This document shows positions 10,023 through 20,075 of a DNA stretch of 32,000 nt, one piece after another (positions within the stretch are counted from its first letter, which is position 1; every line of letters begins with the position of its first letter). The DNA is taken from assembly GCF_014252415.1 (NCBI RefSeq), contig NZ_CP059223.1, positions 450,001 to 482,000 on the forward strand, given 5' to 3'. The notes below the pieces were generated by a model, which had not been told where the DNA came from, searched no databases, and saw only the letters and a program-made list of their open reading frames with translations. Source of the stretch: Candidatus Saccharimonadota bacterium. Its GTDB lineage: Bacteria > Bacteroidota > Bacteroidia > Flavobacteriales > Blattabacteriaceae. The translations under genes and the position numbers were made by a program.

Positions 10023-10796
10023 TTAGGAATTCCATATTTTCCAAGACTCTTCGGCTTGAAGATATAACATTTCTAATCCATTTTTTATTAATGCACCTTT
10101 CTTTTTACCAATTTTTAAAAAAATAGTTTGATCAGGATTGTATGTAAGATCATATAAAATATGATTATTATAAATATATTGATATGGTAAGGGAGGAAAA
10201 GAATTTATATTTGGATACGTACCTAGAGGAGTACAATTAATAATAATTTTATATTTTTCTAATAAATCTCGATTAATATCAATATAATTTATTGTATGAT
10301 TATTTTTTTCTTTATTTCTAGATACATATTTATATGGTATTCCTAATTTATATAATACAAATGATATTGCATAAGAAACACCTCCAGTTCCTAATATCAA
10401 AGCTTTTAAGTTTTTTTTAGTATGATAAAAACTCAATAATTTTTCAAATGATAATTGAAATCCAATAATATCAGTATTATATCCTATTTTATAGTTATCT
10501 TTTATTTTTATTACATTAACAGATTTAATTCTTTTGGAATTCATATCTAATTCATCTAAAAAATTAATAATATTTATTTTATAAGGAATAGTAACATTAC
10601 AACCTTTTAGATTAGGTATATTAAATATTATATTAACTTCGTTAATATCTTTAATATCAAAAATTAGATAAGTTGAATAACTTATAGATTCTTTCTTAAA
10701 TTTTTTTAGGAAAAAATCTCTTGATAAAGAATAACTAATATTTTTACCAATTAAACCAAATATATTTCTATATTTTTTAATATAACTATTCTTCAT
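10023..10796 (-). CDS. aroE: Shikimate dehydrogenase
   Basis: 257-aa ORF. Motifs: FGLIGKNISYSLS (substrate-binding N-terminus), NVTIPYK, GYNTD, and the NAD(P) loop LGTGGVS. Confidence 0.86.
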   Translation of the reverse strand: MKNSYIKKYRNIFGLIGKNISYSLSRDFFLKKFKKESISYSTYLIFDIKDINEVNIIFNIPNLKGCNVTIPYKINIINFLDELDMNSKRIKSVNVIKIKDNYKIGYNTDIIGFQLSFEKLLSFYHTKKNLKALILGTGGVSYAISFVLYKLGIPYKYVSRNKEKNNHTINYIDINRDLLEKYKIIINCTPLGTYPNINSFPPLPYQYIYNNHILYDLTYNPDQTIFLKIGKKKGALIKNGLEMLYLQAEESWKIWNS

Positions 10797-10983
10797 TTTT
10801 TAATTTCATACGTTCTCTATATTTTGCTTTTAAAATTTCATTTCTTCTACATTCAGATGGTTTTATATATTGTTGTTTTTCTCTAAATTCTTTTAAAATA
10901 CGAGTTTTATCAAATTTTTTTTTGCTTTTTTTTAAAGCTTTATCTATTGATTCTCCTTCTCTTACTGTAGTAATTAATATCAT
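10786..10983 (-). CDS. rpsU: 30S ribosomal protein S21
   Basis: The supplied ORF (10786..11046) runs upstream into a tRNA gene. The internal ATG at 10983 gives a 65-aa basic protein (MILITTVREGESIDKALKKSKKKF...RERMKLK) that matches bS21 in length and sequence character. Confidence 0.9.
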   Translation of the reverse strand: MILITTVREGESIDKALKKSKKKFDKTRILKEFREKQQYIKPSECRRNEILKAKYRERMKLKNEE

Positions 10984-11009
10984 AATATAAAATGGTAATA
11001 AATTTATTG

Positions 11010-11085
11010 TGGACACTATCGGATTTGAACCGACGACCTCTACCATGTCAAAGTAGTGCTCTAAACCAAACTGAGCTAAATGTCC
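11010..11085 (-). tRNA. tRNA-Val (anticodon GAC)
   Basis: The reverse complement folds by hand into a canonical cloverleaf. Acceptor stem GGACATT/AGTGTCC, D arm GCTC-AGTTTGGTTTA-GAGC, anticodon arm CTACT-TTGACAT-GGTAG (U33, GAC, A37), variable loop AGGTC, T arm GTCGG-TTCAAAT-CCGAT, discriminator A. No 3' CCA is encoded. It is the only G+C-rich island in its neighbourhood. Confidence 0.9.
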
Positions 11086-11169
11086 TATATTTTTAAATAT
11101 AAATTTTTAGGTATAAAAAACAAAAATAATTATTTTTCTACATTACGTAAAAAAAATAATAATCATGTT

Positions 11170-13218
11170 ATGTGTTGTAATGATATTTTGAAAAAATCTA
11201 TTAGAAATTTAAAATTAAACTCAAAAAAAGTTTCTTTATTAAATAAAGAATTAAATATTTATACATGCAAAGATTTAATTCTTTATTATCCAAACGGATA
11301 TATATATGCAGGATTAAAAACAATATCAGAATTAAAACAAAATGATAATAGTTTTGTTCAAATTATAGGAAAAATTATTGATTTTAAGGAAATAAAAAAA
11401 AAAAATAATGTAGGAAAAATATTAATAGCCTTATTAGTAGATAAAACTGGATATATTGAATTGATTTGGTTTAAAAAAATTAGTTTTTTTAAAAGATTAA
11501 AAAAGAATATTTTAATATTAGTATTCGGAAAAAAAGTCCTATTTAAAAATAAAATACAGATTGTTCATCCAATAATACAAAAATTTCATGATAAAATAAA
11601 AATATATTCAATATATCCAACTTATTCCTTATCAAAAAATTTAAAAAAAAATGGAATTGATAATTTTTTTATAATGAATTTATTAAAAATAATTATAAAA
11701 AAATTAGAAAATAATTCAAAAGAAATAAATAATTTCATATTCCAAAAATATACTAATGATAGAAAATTAATTTCTAAAAAAAATGCATTAATTCAAATTC
11801 ATTTTCCAGAATCTATAAATAATTTAATAAGAGCAAAATATTCAATAAAATTTGAAAAATTATTTTTAGTTAGGTTATTTTCTATAAAAAAAATAAGAGG
11901 AAAACCATTTTTAAAAATAGGTAAAAAATTTAATTCTTTCTATAAAAATCATTTACCATTTGATTTAACTGAAGATCAAAAAAATGTATTTAGAGAAATA
12001 CGTAGTGATTTAAAAAAACCTATTCAAATGAATCGGTTATTACAAGGAGAAGTTGGAAGTGGAAAAACAATTATTGCTATGTTAGCAATGCTACTTGCAT
12101 TAGATAATGGATTTCAATCATGTATAATGGCCCCAACTGAAATATTGGCAATCCAACATTATAATTACTTTATAAAAATGTTATGTAAAATTGGAGTTAA
12201 AATTGCTTTATTAACAAGATCTACATCTTATTCTAATCAAAATGAAATTTATAAATTATTAATTAAAGGAAAAATATCTTTTTTAATCGGTACACATTCC
12301 TTAATACAAGAAAAAGTAAAGTTTAAAAACTTGGGTATTGCTATTATAGATGAACAACAAAAATTCGGAGTAGAACAAAGAGAAAAAATATGTAAAATTA
12401 ACAATTTTCCACATGTATTAATAATGACAGCTACACCAATACCAAGAACTCTTGCTAAAGTTTTTTATAAAAATTTAAGTATATCTATTATAAAAAATAA
12501 ACCTATAGGTAAAATACCTATTAAAACTATTCATTTTTGGAATGAATATAAACATAAAGCATTTCAAATAATAGAAAATGAAATAATAAAAGGAAGACAA
12601 ATATATATAGTTTATCCTATTGTAAATTCAGAGAAACATAATTATAAAAATTTAATAACAGGATATCAAGAAATAATTCAAAGATTTAAATTTTTAAAGA
12701 AAGATCAAATTGGGTTTTTACATGGAAAAATGAATTATAAAGAAAAAGAAATACAAATGAATAAATTTTTAAATAAAAAAACTAAAATAATTGTAACAAC
12801 TACAATAATAGAAGTGGGGATTAATGTTGTTAATGTTTCTGTTATATTAATAGAAAATGCTAATGTTTTTGGGTTATCTCAGTTACATCAATTAAGAGGA
12901 AGAGTAGGTAGAGGTATTCATCAAAGTTATTGTATTCTTTTATCAGAAAAATCAATTAATCCTATAGGATTATCTAGAATTAATAAAATGTGTCAAACTA
13001 ATAATGGATTAGAAATAGCAAAAGAAGATCTTAAATTGAGAGGTGGAGGTAATTTAACGGGTAATGAACAAAGTGGAAAAAAATATTTATTTACAAACAT
13101 TTTTAAATATAATGAATTAATTAAAGAAGTATTTTTAACTGTTGAAAGATTTACAAAAAATAATCCAAATTTTTTAAAAAAAAAAAATAATTATTTTCAT
13201 AATATTAAAAAAAATTGA
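11170..13218 (+). CDS. recG: ATP-dependent DNA helicase RecG
   Basis: Motifs: Walker A GEVGSGKT, DEQQKFGV (DEQH box), TATPIPRT, and QLHQLRGRVGRG (motif VI). The supplied ORF starts at 11080, which would overlap the divergent tRNA. The in-frame ATG at 11170 precedes the conserved N-terminal L..L...V..L.KEL.I.T..DL..YYP region, so I prefer it. The start is uncertain. Confidence 0.9.
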   Translation: MCCNDILKKSIRNLKLNSKKVSLLNKELNIYTCKDLILYYPNGYIYAGLKTISELKQNDNSFVQIIGKIIDFKEIKKKNNVGKILIALLVDKTGYIELIWFKKISFFKRLKKNILILVFGKKVLFKNKIQIVHPIIQKFHDKIKIYSIYPTYSLSKNLKKNGIDNFFIMNLLKIIIKKLENNSKEINNFIFQKYTNDRKLISKKNALIQIHFPESINNLIRAKYSIKFEKLFLVRLFSIKKIRGKPFLKIGKKFNSFYKNHLPFDLTEDQKNVFREIRSDLKKPIQMNRLLQGEVGSGKTIIAMLAMLLALDNGFQSCIMAPTEILAIQHYNYFIKMLCKIGVKIALLTRSTSYSNQNEIYKLLIKGKISFLIGTHSLIQEKVKFKNLGIAIIDEQQKFGVEQREKICKINNFPHVLIMTATPIPRTLAKVFYKNLSISIIKNKPIGKIPIKTIHFWNEYKHKAFQIIENEIIKGRQIYIVYPIVNSEKHNYKNLITGYQEIIQRFKFLKKDQIGFLHGKMNYKEKEIQMNKFLNKKTKIIVTTTIIEVGINVVNVSVILIENANVFGLSQLHQLRGRVGRGIHQSYCILLSEKSINPIGLSRINKMCQTNNGLEIAKEDLKLRGGGNLTGNEQSGKKYLFTNIFKYNELIKEVFLTVERFTKNNPNFLKKKNNYFHNIKKN

Positions 13219-13233
13219 AATTTACTTGCATGC

Positions 13234-15297
13234 ATGAAATTAAATGAGATTCAAAAAAAGATAGTAAAAACTATTTATGGACCAGTTTTAGTAATTGCAG
13301 GAGCTGGATCAGGAAAAACTAGAGTTTTAGTATATAGAATTATTTATATGATTAAAAATATTGGAATAAAACCTTCCAATATATTAGCTCTTACTTTTAC
13401 AAAAAAAGCTGCAGAAGAAATGAAAAATAGAATATCTAATTTAATAGATAAATCTTTGTCAAAAAAAATAAAAATAGGTACATTTCATTCTATTTTTTCT
13501 AATATCTTAAGAAAAGAATCTCACTACATAGGATTTAATCCTGATTATACTATATATGATCGAAAAGATTCAGAAAACATAATAAAAAAAATTTTAAAAA
13601 ATTTAAATCTTGATAAGTCATTTAATTATAAAGATATTTTAAAAAAAATATCTTTATATAAAAACAATTTTTTTTTAAAAAAAAAAATAGAAAATCCATT
13701 TAAAAAAATTTATGATTTATATACATTAAAATGTTTTCAATCGAAAGCTATAGATTTTGATGATATATTATTATATACTTATCGTTTATTTTATTTATAT
13801 CCAAAAGTACTTAATAAATATCAAGAAAAATTTAAATATATTTTAGTTGATGAATATCAAGATACTAATTCATCTCAAAGTATTATTATAAAATTTTTAT
13901 CAAAAAAATATAATAACATATTTGTAGTAGGAGATGATGCTCAATCTATTTATAATTTTCGTGGTGCAAATATATCTAATATTAAAAATTTTCATATTGA
14001 ATATAAAAAAACTAAAATATTTTATTTAGAACAAAATTACAGATCTACTAATTATATAGTTCAAATATCTAATAAAATTATTTCATTTAATAAAAATCAA
14101 ATTTTAAAAAAAATATGGACAAACAATGAACAAGGAGAAAAAATTAAAATTTATGAAGCTTCATCTGAGAAAGAAGAAGTATTATATATCATAGATTCTA
14201 TTCTTTCTATTATAAAAAAAAAAAAATATGAATATAAAGATTTTGCAATATTTTATAGGACTAATTCACAATCTTACATTATTGAATATCTTTTAAAAGA
14301 AAGAAAAATTCCATACAAAATATATGGAAATATTTCTTTAATAAAACGGAAAGAAATTCAAAACTTACTACTATATTTAAAGTTTATAAATAATCCTAAT
14401 GATGAAGAATTATTGTTACGTATTTTACAAAAAAATAATATTAGACATAAAAAAACAATTAATTTTATATTAAAATTAATAGAAAAATACAAAAAATATA
14501 ATATTTTTGATATTTTAAGTAATATTGATCTTTATGATAAGAAATCTATAATTAATAAAAAAACTAAATGTAAAATAAAAAAAATATTTTTTTTATTAAA
14601 AATAATATTTTTAAAAAAAGAAAATATAAACGTATACGAAATAATAAAAGATATAATTAATCTAATTTTATTGGAACAAATAAAGGAAGAAAAAAATAAA
14701 AATTATTATATTCATCAATTATATTATTTTTTTACACAAAAAATTAAACTTAAAGAAAGAATTTCTTTATCAAAATTTCTTCAAAATTTTTATTTTGATA
14801 ATAAAATTTATATTGATGAAAAAAAAGAAATAGAAAATAAAGTTTCATTAATGACTATCCATTTATCTAAGGGATTAGAATTTCCTATTGTTTTTATTAC
14901 TGGATTAGAAGAAAATATTTTTCCATCAAGATCAAATATTAATGAGATATCAAAAATTGAAGAAGAACGTCGTTTATTTTATGTAGCAATTACAAGAGCT
15001 AAAAAATTAGCAATTTTAACATATGCAAAATGTAGATTATTATGGGGAGAAAAAAAAAATAATATTCCTAGTCGTTTTATTAAAGAAATAAAAAATAATG
15101 ATCATATTATTTCTTATGATAAAAAAGAAAAAGAATATAATTTTATAAAAAAAGGAATTAAAGTATTTCACAAAAAATTTGGGGTAGGAATCATTCTCTA
15201 TTTAAAATATAATAATCAAATAGCTATTATTGATTTTCAAAAATTAGGAAAAAAAAAAATTTTATTGAGTTTAAATAAATTAACTTTTTATCCATAA
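13234..15297 (+). CDS. uvrD: UvrD/PcrA/Rep-family ATP-dependent DNA helicase (SF1)
   Basis: 687-aa ORF. Motifs: Walker A AGAGSGKT, LTFTKKAA, VDEYQDTN, GDDAQSIYNFRGA, and YRS/helicase motif VI-like VAITRAKK. Confidence 0.9.
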   Translation: MKLNEIQKKIVKTIYGPVLVIAGAGSGKTRVLVYRIIYMIKNIGIKPSNILALTFTKKAAEEMKNRISNLIDKSLSKKIKIGTFHSIFSNILRKESHYIGFNPDYTIYDRKDSENIIKKILKNLNLDKSFNYKDILKKISLYKNNFFLKKKIENPFKKIYDLYTLKCFQSKAIDFDDILLYTYRLFYLYPKVLNKYQEKFKYILVDEYQDTNSSQSIIIKFLSKKYNNIFVVGDDAQSIYNFRGANISNIKNFHIEYKKTKIFYLEQNYRSTNYIVQISNKIISFNKNQILKKIWTNNEQGEKIKIYEASSEKEEVLYIIDSILSIIKKKKYEYKDFAIFYRTNSQSYIIEYLLKERKIPYKIYGNISLIKRKEIQNLLLYLKFINNPNDEELLLRILQKNNIRHKKTINFILKLIEKYKKYNIFDILSNIDLYDKKSIINKKTKCKIKKIFFLLKIIFLKKENINVYEIIKDIINLILLEQIKEEKNKNYYIHQLYYFFTQKIKLKERISLSKFLQNFYFDNKIYIDEKKEIENKVSLMTIHLSKGLEFPIVFITGLEENIFPSRSNINEISKIEEERRLFYVAITRAKKLAILTYAKCRLLWGEKKNNIPSRFIKEIKNNDHIISYDKKEKEYNFIKKGIKVFHKKFGVGIILYLKYNNQIAIIDFQKLGKKKILLSLNKLTFYP

Positions 15298-15306
15298 AAT
15301 TATTTT

Positions 15307-16353
15307 ATGAATTTAAAAAAAACTATGATAAGTAGTTTTTTTATACAAAAAATGATATGTTTTTTTGCCATAATTTTATTTTGTATAAAACTTATTACTT
15401 GGCGTATTACATCATCTCTTTCCATATTTAGTGATGCAATGGAAAGTTTAACCAATATAATTAGTAGTATAATAGGTTTATGTAGTTTATATATTTCTTC
15501 TTTACCAAAAGATAAAAATCATCCATATGGACATGGAAAAATAGAATTTATATCTACCGCTATCGAAGGGTTTTTAATATCTGTAATAAGCTTTACAATA
15601 TTTATAAATACTTTTACAAGAATTAGATATAACTTTTATCATAAATCATCACTATTATCAAAGTTAGATTGTGGTATATTATTGATGTTTTTAACTTCTA
15701 TAATTAATTATTTTCTTGGGTTTTTAGCTTGTAAAATTGGTAATAAAAATAAAACTTTAACATTAATAGCAAGTGGAAAACATCTTAAAATGGATACATA
15801 TTCTACTTTTGGAATAGCAATTGGATTAATATTTTTAAATAAAACAAAATGTATTTGGATTGACCCCATTATTTCTATCATTTTATCTTTTTTCATTCTG
15901 TATACAGGGTTTAAATTATTAAGAAACGCTACTGCTGGTATTATGGATGAAACTGATAAAAATCTTTTAAAAAAATTGTCTTTTTATCTTAATGAAAAAA
16001 GATCTATTTATTGGATAGATCTTCATCATTTAAAAATTATTAAATATGGTAGTGCCCTACATATTGATTGTCATCTAACCGTTCCTTGGTTTTTTAATAT
16101 AAAAGAAGCTAATAAAGAAGTAAGAAAATTAACAATTTTAACCAAATATAAATTTGGAACTAAAGTAGAATTATCCGTACATGTAGATGCATGTTCTAAA
16201 TTTGATTGTATATTTTGTTTTAATAAAACTTGTCAAGTTAGAAAACATCCTTTTCATAAAAAAATACTTTGGACGTTAAATCAAACTTCTTATATAGAAA
16301 AAAAACAGAATTATAATAAAAATAATTCTAAGTTGATTAAAAAAACATTATAA
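15307..16353 (+). CDS. Cation diffusion facilitator (CDF) family divalent-metal efflux transporter
   Basis: 348-aa ORF with 6 predicted TM segments. It has the CDF signature region SIFSDAMESLTN, HPYGHGKIE, and a cytoplasmic C-terminal domain ending in a Cys/His-rich stretch (HVDACSKFDCIFCFNKTCQVRKHPFH). Confidence 0.85.
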   Translation: MNLKKTMISSFFIQKMICFFAIILFCIKLITWRITSSLSIFSDAMESLTNIISSIIGLCSLYISSLPKDKNHPYGHGKIEFISTAIEGFLISVISFTIFINTFTRIRYNFYHKSSLLSKLDCGILLMFLTSIINYFLGFLACKIGNKNKTLTLIASGKHLKMDTYSTFGIAIGLIFLNKTKCIWIDPIISIILSFFILYTGFKLLRNATAGIMDETDKNLLKKLSFYLNEKRSIYWIDLHHLKIIKYGSALHIDCHLTVPWFFNIKEANKEVRKLTILTKYKFGTKVELSVHVDACSKFDCIFCFNKTCQVRKHPFHKKILWTLNQTSYIEKKQNYNKNNSKLIKKTL

Positions 16354-16402
16354 TACAAACAATTACTTGATTTTTTATAAAAAATTAAAAATAGATTTTA
16401 AT

Positions 16403-17002
16403 ATGGAATATAATACTAATCGATTTAGACTGGTGATACCAGAATATGGTAGAAATATTCAAAAAATGATAGATTTTGCAATACAAATAAAAAATAGAAA
16501 AAAAAGAAATAAATGTGCATTAGGAATTATAAAATTAATGACGGATTCTAATTACAAAAATAAATATAATAAAAAAATTTTTCCTTTTTTTCAACATAAA
16601 TTATGGAATCAATTATTGATTATGTCTAATTATCAATTGGATATTGATACACCTTTTCCAAAACCAAATCCAGAAAAAAAAAATAATGTTTTAAAAAAAA
16701 TTGTTTATCCAGAATACTTAAATAGTTTTAGATATTATGGAAAAATTATTAGAGATATGATCAATGTAGCTATAAATTGTAAAAATGAACAAAAAAAAGA
16801 AGGATTACTATATGCTATTGCAAATACCATGAAAAAAAATTATTTAAGGTGGAATAAAAATATGGTAGAAGATGATGTAATATTTAAAGATTTAATAAAA
16901 CTTTCAAATGGAAAAATTTGTATTATAAATAATAATATGGACCCATTATTACAATGTTCTCAAATTTTAAGAAGAAATTTTAATTCTAGAATTAGAAAAT
17001 AA
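16403..17002 (+). CDS. DUF4290-domain protein
   Basis: The LVIPEYGRNIQKMI N-terminal motif and the position directly upstream of murA are typical of Flavobacteriia DUF4290 proteins. The supplied ORF begins at a TTG (16367). The ATG at 16403 is the more likely start. Confidence 0.7.
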   Translation: MEYNTNRFRLVIPEYGRNIQKMIDFAIQIKNRKKRNKCALGIIKLMTDSNYKNKYNKKIFPFFQHKLWNQLLIMSNYQLDIDTPFPKPNPEKKNNVLKKIVYPEYLNSFRYYGKIIRDMINVAINCKNEQKKEGLLYAIANTMKKNYLRWNKNMVEDDVIFKDLIKLSNGKICIINNNMDPLLQCSQILRRNFNSRIRK

Positions 17003-17015
17003 TAAATATTAAACA

Positions 17016-18332
17016 ATGGGAATATTCAGAATAAAAGGAGGAAAATCTTTAAAAGGAGAAATAAAACCACAAGGTGCTAAAAACGAATCATTACAAATAT
17101 TATGTGCAGTATTACTAACTTCAGAAAAATTAAGAATTAATAATATCCCAGAAATAGGTGATGTAAAATGTTTAATGCATATTCTGAGTAATTTAGGAGT
17201 TATAATAAAAAAAAAAGGAATTGGAGATTATACATTTCAAGCAAAAAATATAAATATTGAATATTTAAATACAAAAAATTTTTATGAAAAATATGGAAAA
17301 TCTATAAGAGGATCTATTATGATAGCTGGGCCCTTATTAACTAGATTTAAAAAAGTATGTATACCTATTCCTGGGGGGGATAGAATTGGTCGTAGAAGAC
17401 TAGATGCGCATTTAACAGGATTAAAATTATTAGGAAGTACAATTACTTATAAAAGTAATAATAAATGTTTTTATTTATATACGAATAATAAAAAATTAAT
17501 AGGAAACTATATTTTGATGGAAGAAGCTTCAATAACAGGTACTGCTAATATTATAATGGCGGCAACTTTAGCCGATGGAGAAACAATTTTATATAATGCT
17601 GCATGCGAACCATATATACAACAATTATGCAAGCTTCTTAATAAAATGGGAGCCAAAATAAAAGGAATTGGAACTAATCTAGTTAAGATAAAAGGTGTAA
17701 AAAAACTAAAAGGAGGTAACCATACCATTTTGCCTGATATGGTGGAAATTGGTAGTTGGATTGGATTAGCTGCTATAACATGTTCAGAAATAAGGATAAA
17801 AAATGTTAATTGGAACAATCTGGGGGTTATTCCAAATATTTTCAAAAAAATGGGGGTTAAAATAAAAAAAGAAAAAGATGACATTTTCATTCCATCTCAA
17901 AAATCCTATCGAATAAAAAAATTATTAAATAATGCAATATTAACAATCTCTGATGCACCATGGCCAGGATTAACACCTGATTTATTAAGTATACTAATTG
18001 TAGTTGCTACACAAGCAGATGGAAGTGTATTGATTCACCAAAAAATGTTTGAAAGTAGATTATTTTTTGTAGATAAATTAATTGAAATGGGAGCACAAAT
18101 TATATTATGTGATCCTCATAGAGCAACTGTTATCGGATTAAATCATCAATCCTATTTAAAAGGATCTATACTAAATTCTCCTGATATCAGAGCCGGCATA
18201 TCTCTTTTAATAGCAGCACTATCTGCTAAAGGAATTAGCATTATAAATAATATAGAACAAATAGATAGGGGATATGAAAAAATAGAAAAAAGATTACAAA
18301 ATTTAGGGGCTGATATATCCAGGATAGAATAA
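17016..18332 (+). CDS. murA: UDP-N-acetylglucosamine 1-carboxyvinyltransferase
   Basis: 438-aa ORF. It starts FRIKGGKSLKGEIKPQGAKNESLQILCA, and also has the PGGDRIGRRRLDAH loop region (Asp in place of the catalytic Cys, as seen in some lineages) and the C-terminal IDRGYEKIEKRLQNLGA. Confidence 0.95.
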   Translation: MGIFRIKGGKSLKGEIKPQGAKNESLQILCAVLLTSEKLRINNIPEIGDVKCLMHILSNLGVIIKKKGIGDYTFQAKNINIEYLNTKNFYEKYGKSIRGSIMIAGPLLTRFKKVCIPIPGGDRIGRRRLDAHLTGLKLLGSTITYKSNNKCFYLYTNNKKLIGNYILMEEASITGTANIIMAATLADGETILYNAACEPYIQQLCKLLNKMGAKIKGIGTNLVKIKGVKKLKGGNHTILPDMVEIGSWIGLAAITCSEIRIKNVNWNNLGVIPNIFKKMGVKIKKEKDDIFIPSQKSYRIKKLLNNAILTISDAPWPGLTPDLLSILIVVATQADGSVLIHQKMFESRLFFVDKLIEMGAQIILCDPHRATVIGLNHQSYLKGSILNSPDIRAGISLLIAALSAKGISIINNIEQIDRGYEKIEKRLQNLGADISRIE

Positions 18333-18362
18333 CAAAAAAAATATTAAATATTGAAAATAATT

Positions 18363-18848
18363 ATGGAAAAATTTGAATATATAACTAAAAAAGGATTAAA
18401 AAAATTACAAAAAGAAATAGAAAGATTAGAAAATATAGAACGTCCAAAAATATCTCTTCAAATAGCAGAAGCTAGAGATAAAGGTGATTTATCAGAAAAT
18501 GCTGAATATGATGCCATAAAAGAAGCACAAAGTATGTTAGAAATAAATATAGCTAAATTAAAAAAAAAATTATATAATACAAGAATTATAGATGGTGAAA
18601 AAATAAATAAAACTAGAGTATCTATTCTCTCTACGGTAAAAGTAAAAAATATTTCTTGTGAAAAAGAACAAATATACACCTTAGTTCCAGAAGGTGAAGC
18701 CGATTTAAAATCAGGAAAAATATCCATTAATACTCCTATATCTATAGGATTATTAGGTAAACAAGTAGGACAAATTGCACAAATTGAATTACCTAATAAA
18801 ATGACAATTTATTATAAAATATTAGAAATTACTTTTAATGAAACATAA
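18363..18848 (+). CDS. greA: Transcription elongation factor GreA
   Basis: Starting from the ATG at 18363: coiled-coil N-terminus with ARDKGDLSENAEYDAIKEAQ, and a C-terminal FKBP-like domain with ISINTPISIGLLGKQVG. The supplied ORF starts 12 nt earlier at a TTG. Confidence 0.92.
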   Translation: MEKFEYITKKGLKKLQKEIERLENIERPKISLQIAEARDKGDLSENAEYDAIKEAQSMLEINIAKLKKKLYNTRIIDGEKINKTRVSILSTVKVKNISCEKEQIYTLVPEGEADLKSGKISINTPISIGLLGKQVGQIAQIELPNKMTIYYKILEITFNET

Positions 18849-19242
18849 TATTTTTCGTAAGATAATTGATAATGAAATTATTTCTTATAAAATAGCTGAA
18901 AATATTGATCATTTAGCTTTTTTAGATATATATCCATTAAAAATAGGACATACATTAGTTATTCCAAAAAATAATTATGAGAAAAAAATTTTTTCTATGT
19001 CAGAGAAAAATTTTATTTCTATAATGATTTTTTCTAGAAAAATAGCCATAGGAATAGAAAAATCAATACCTTGTAATCGTGTGGGGATGTTTATTATGGG
19101 TTTTGAAATTCCTCATATACATATCCATCTTATACCAATGGATAAAGAATCTGATGCCGATTTTTTTTCAGAAAGAATAAATTTATCTAAAGAAAAATTT
19201 AAATTGATATCTAATAAAATAAAAAATTCAGTTATACTATAA
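18838..19242 (+). CDS. HIT-family (histidine triad) protein
   Basis: 134-aa ORF with FLDIYPLKIGHTLVIPK and the histidine-triad motif PHIHIHLIP. It overlaps the greA 3' end by 11 nt. Confidence 0.88.
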   Translation: MKHNIFRKIIDNEIISYKIAENIDHLAFLDIYPLKIGHTLVIPKNNYEKKIFSMSEKNFISIMIFSRKIAIGIEKSIPCNRVGMFIMGFEIPHIHIHLIPMDKESDADFFSERINLSKEKFKLISNKIKNSVIL

Positions 19243-20019
19243 TTTTTTTTTATAATTAAAATGAAATAAAATTTTCAATCCTTTTATCGTATGTAATTTA
19301 TCGTTAATATGAATTTTTCTTGTTAAAGGAGCGTATATATGCGATAAACCTCCAGTTGCAATAACAAAACATTTTATTCCTATTTCTTGATTAACTTTAT
19401 CAATTAATCCTTCTATCATGCTTAAGTATCCATATATAATTCCACTTTGAATACATAATTCGGTATAATTACCCAGTACAGTAAGTGGTTTTTTTAATTT
19501 GATCTTAGGTAATTGAGATGTGTTACCTACTAAAGATATTAATGAACTATTAATTCCAGGAGCAATAATTATACCTTTAATTACTCCATTTTTATCAATA
19601 CAAGTTAAACTTAAAGCAGTACCAAAATCAATTATTAAGGTAGTAGTACGTTTATATATTTCGTTTGATGCCACTGCATTAGCATATAAATCTGTTCCTA
19701 ATTGATGAGAGTAATGTTTAACAGATGAGGTAGAATATCTATTAACTATGAAGGGATCAATTTTATATATCTTTTTTAAAGATTGTATAATTATTCTTGT
19801 TAAAGAAGGTACTACAGATCCAATTACAATGTATTTTATTTTTTTTAATAAAATATTATTTTTTTTATATATATTCATGAATAATAAAGTATATTCATCT
19901 AATGATCTATGATAACTAGAACTAATAATCCATGAGTAATTACATTTTAAATTATTAAATTTTTTTTTAAATAAACCAAAACGAATATTTGAATTTCCAA
20001 TATTTACGGTTAATAACAT
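19237..20019 (-). CDS. coaX: Type III pantothenate kinase
   Basis: 260-aa ORF with N-terminal LLTVNIGNSNIRFGLF (the ASKHA phosphate-1 motif DxGNT-like), IIDFGTA, and ATGGL near the C-terminus. Confidence 0.88.
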   Translation of the reverse strand: MLLTVNIGNSNIRFGLFKKKFNNLKCNYSWIISSSYHRSLDEYTLLFMNIYKKNNILLKKIKYIVIGSVVPSLTRIIIQSLKKIYKIDPFIVNRYSTSSVKHYSHQLGTDLYANAVASNEIYKRTTTLIIDFGTALSLTCIDKNGVIKGIIIAPGINSSLISLVGNTSQLPKIKLKKPLTVLGNYTELCIQSGIIYGYLSMIEGLIDKVNQEIGIKCFVIATGGLSHIYAPLTRKIHINDKLHTIKGLKILFHFNYKKKL

Positions 20020-20075
20020 TTTTTAATAAAAATAGGTTGTTATTATAATATTTAATTTTTTAAAAGTATAATAAT

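Noticed and set aside
10984-11046. N-terminal 21 aa of the supplied rpsU ORF (MVEVVGSNPIVSTINLLPFYI).
   Set aside because: This segment is the translation of the tRNA-Val gene body. S21 starts at the internal ATG at 10983.
11080-11169. The upstream ATG at 11080 as the recG start.
   Set aside because: It would overlap the 5' end of the divergent tRNA-Val, and it adds 30 low-complexity residues ahead of the conserved RecG N-terminus. The ATG at 11170 is preferred, but the longer form cannot be excluded without orthologue alignment.
20020-20075. Sigma70-like TATAAT hexamers and Bacteroidetes-type TAnnTTTG promoter motifs in the divergent intergenic regions (20020..20075, 22765..22868, 26265..26342, 30529..30617).
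   Set aside because: In DNA this AT-rich, TATAAT-like strings occur everywhere. I found no exact TAnnTTTG match with correct spacing, so no promoter can be called with confidence.
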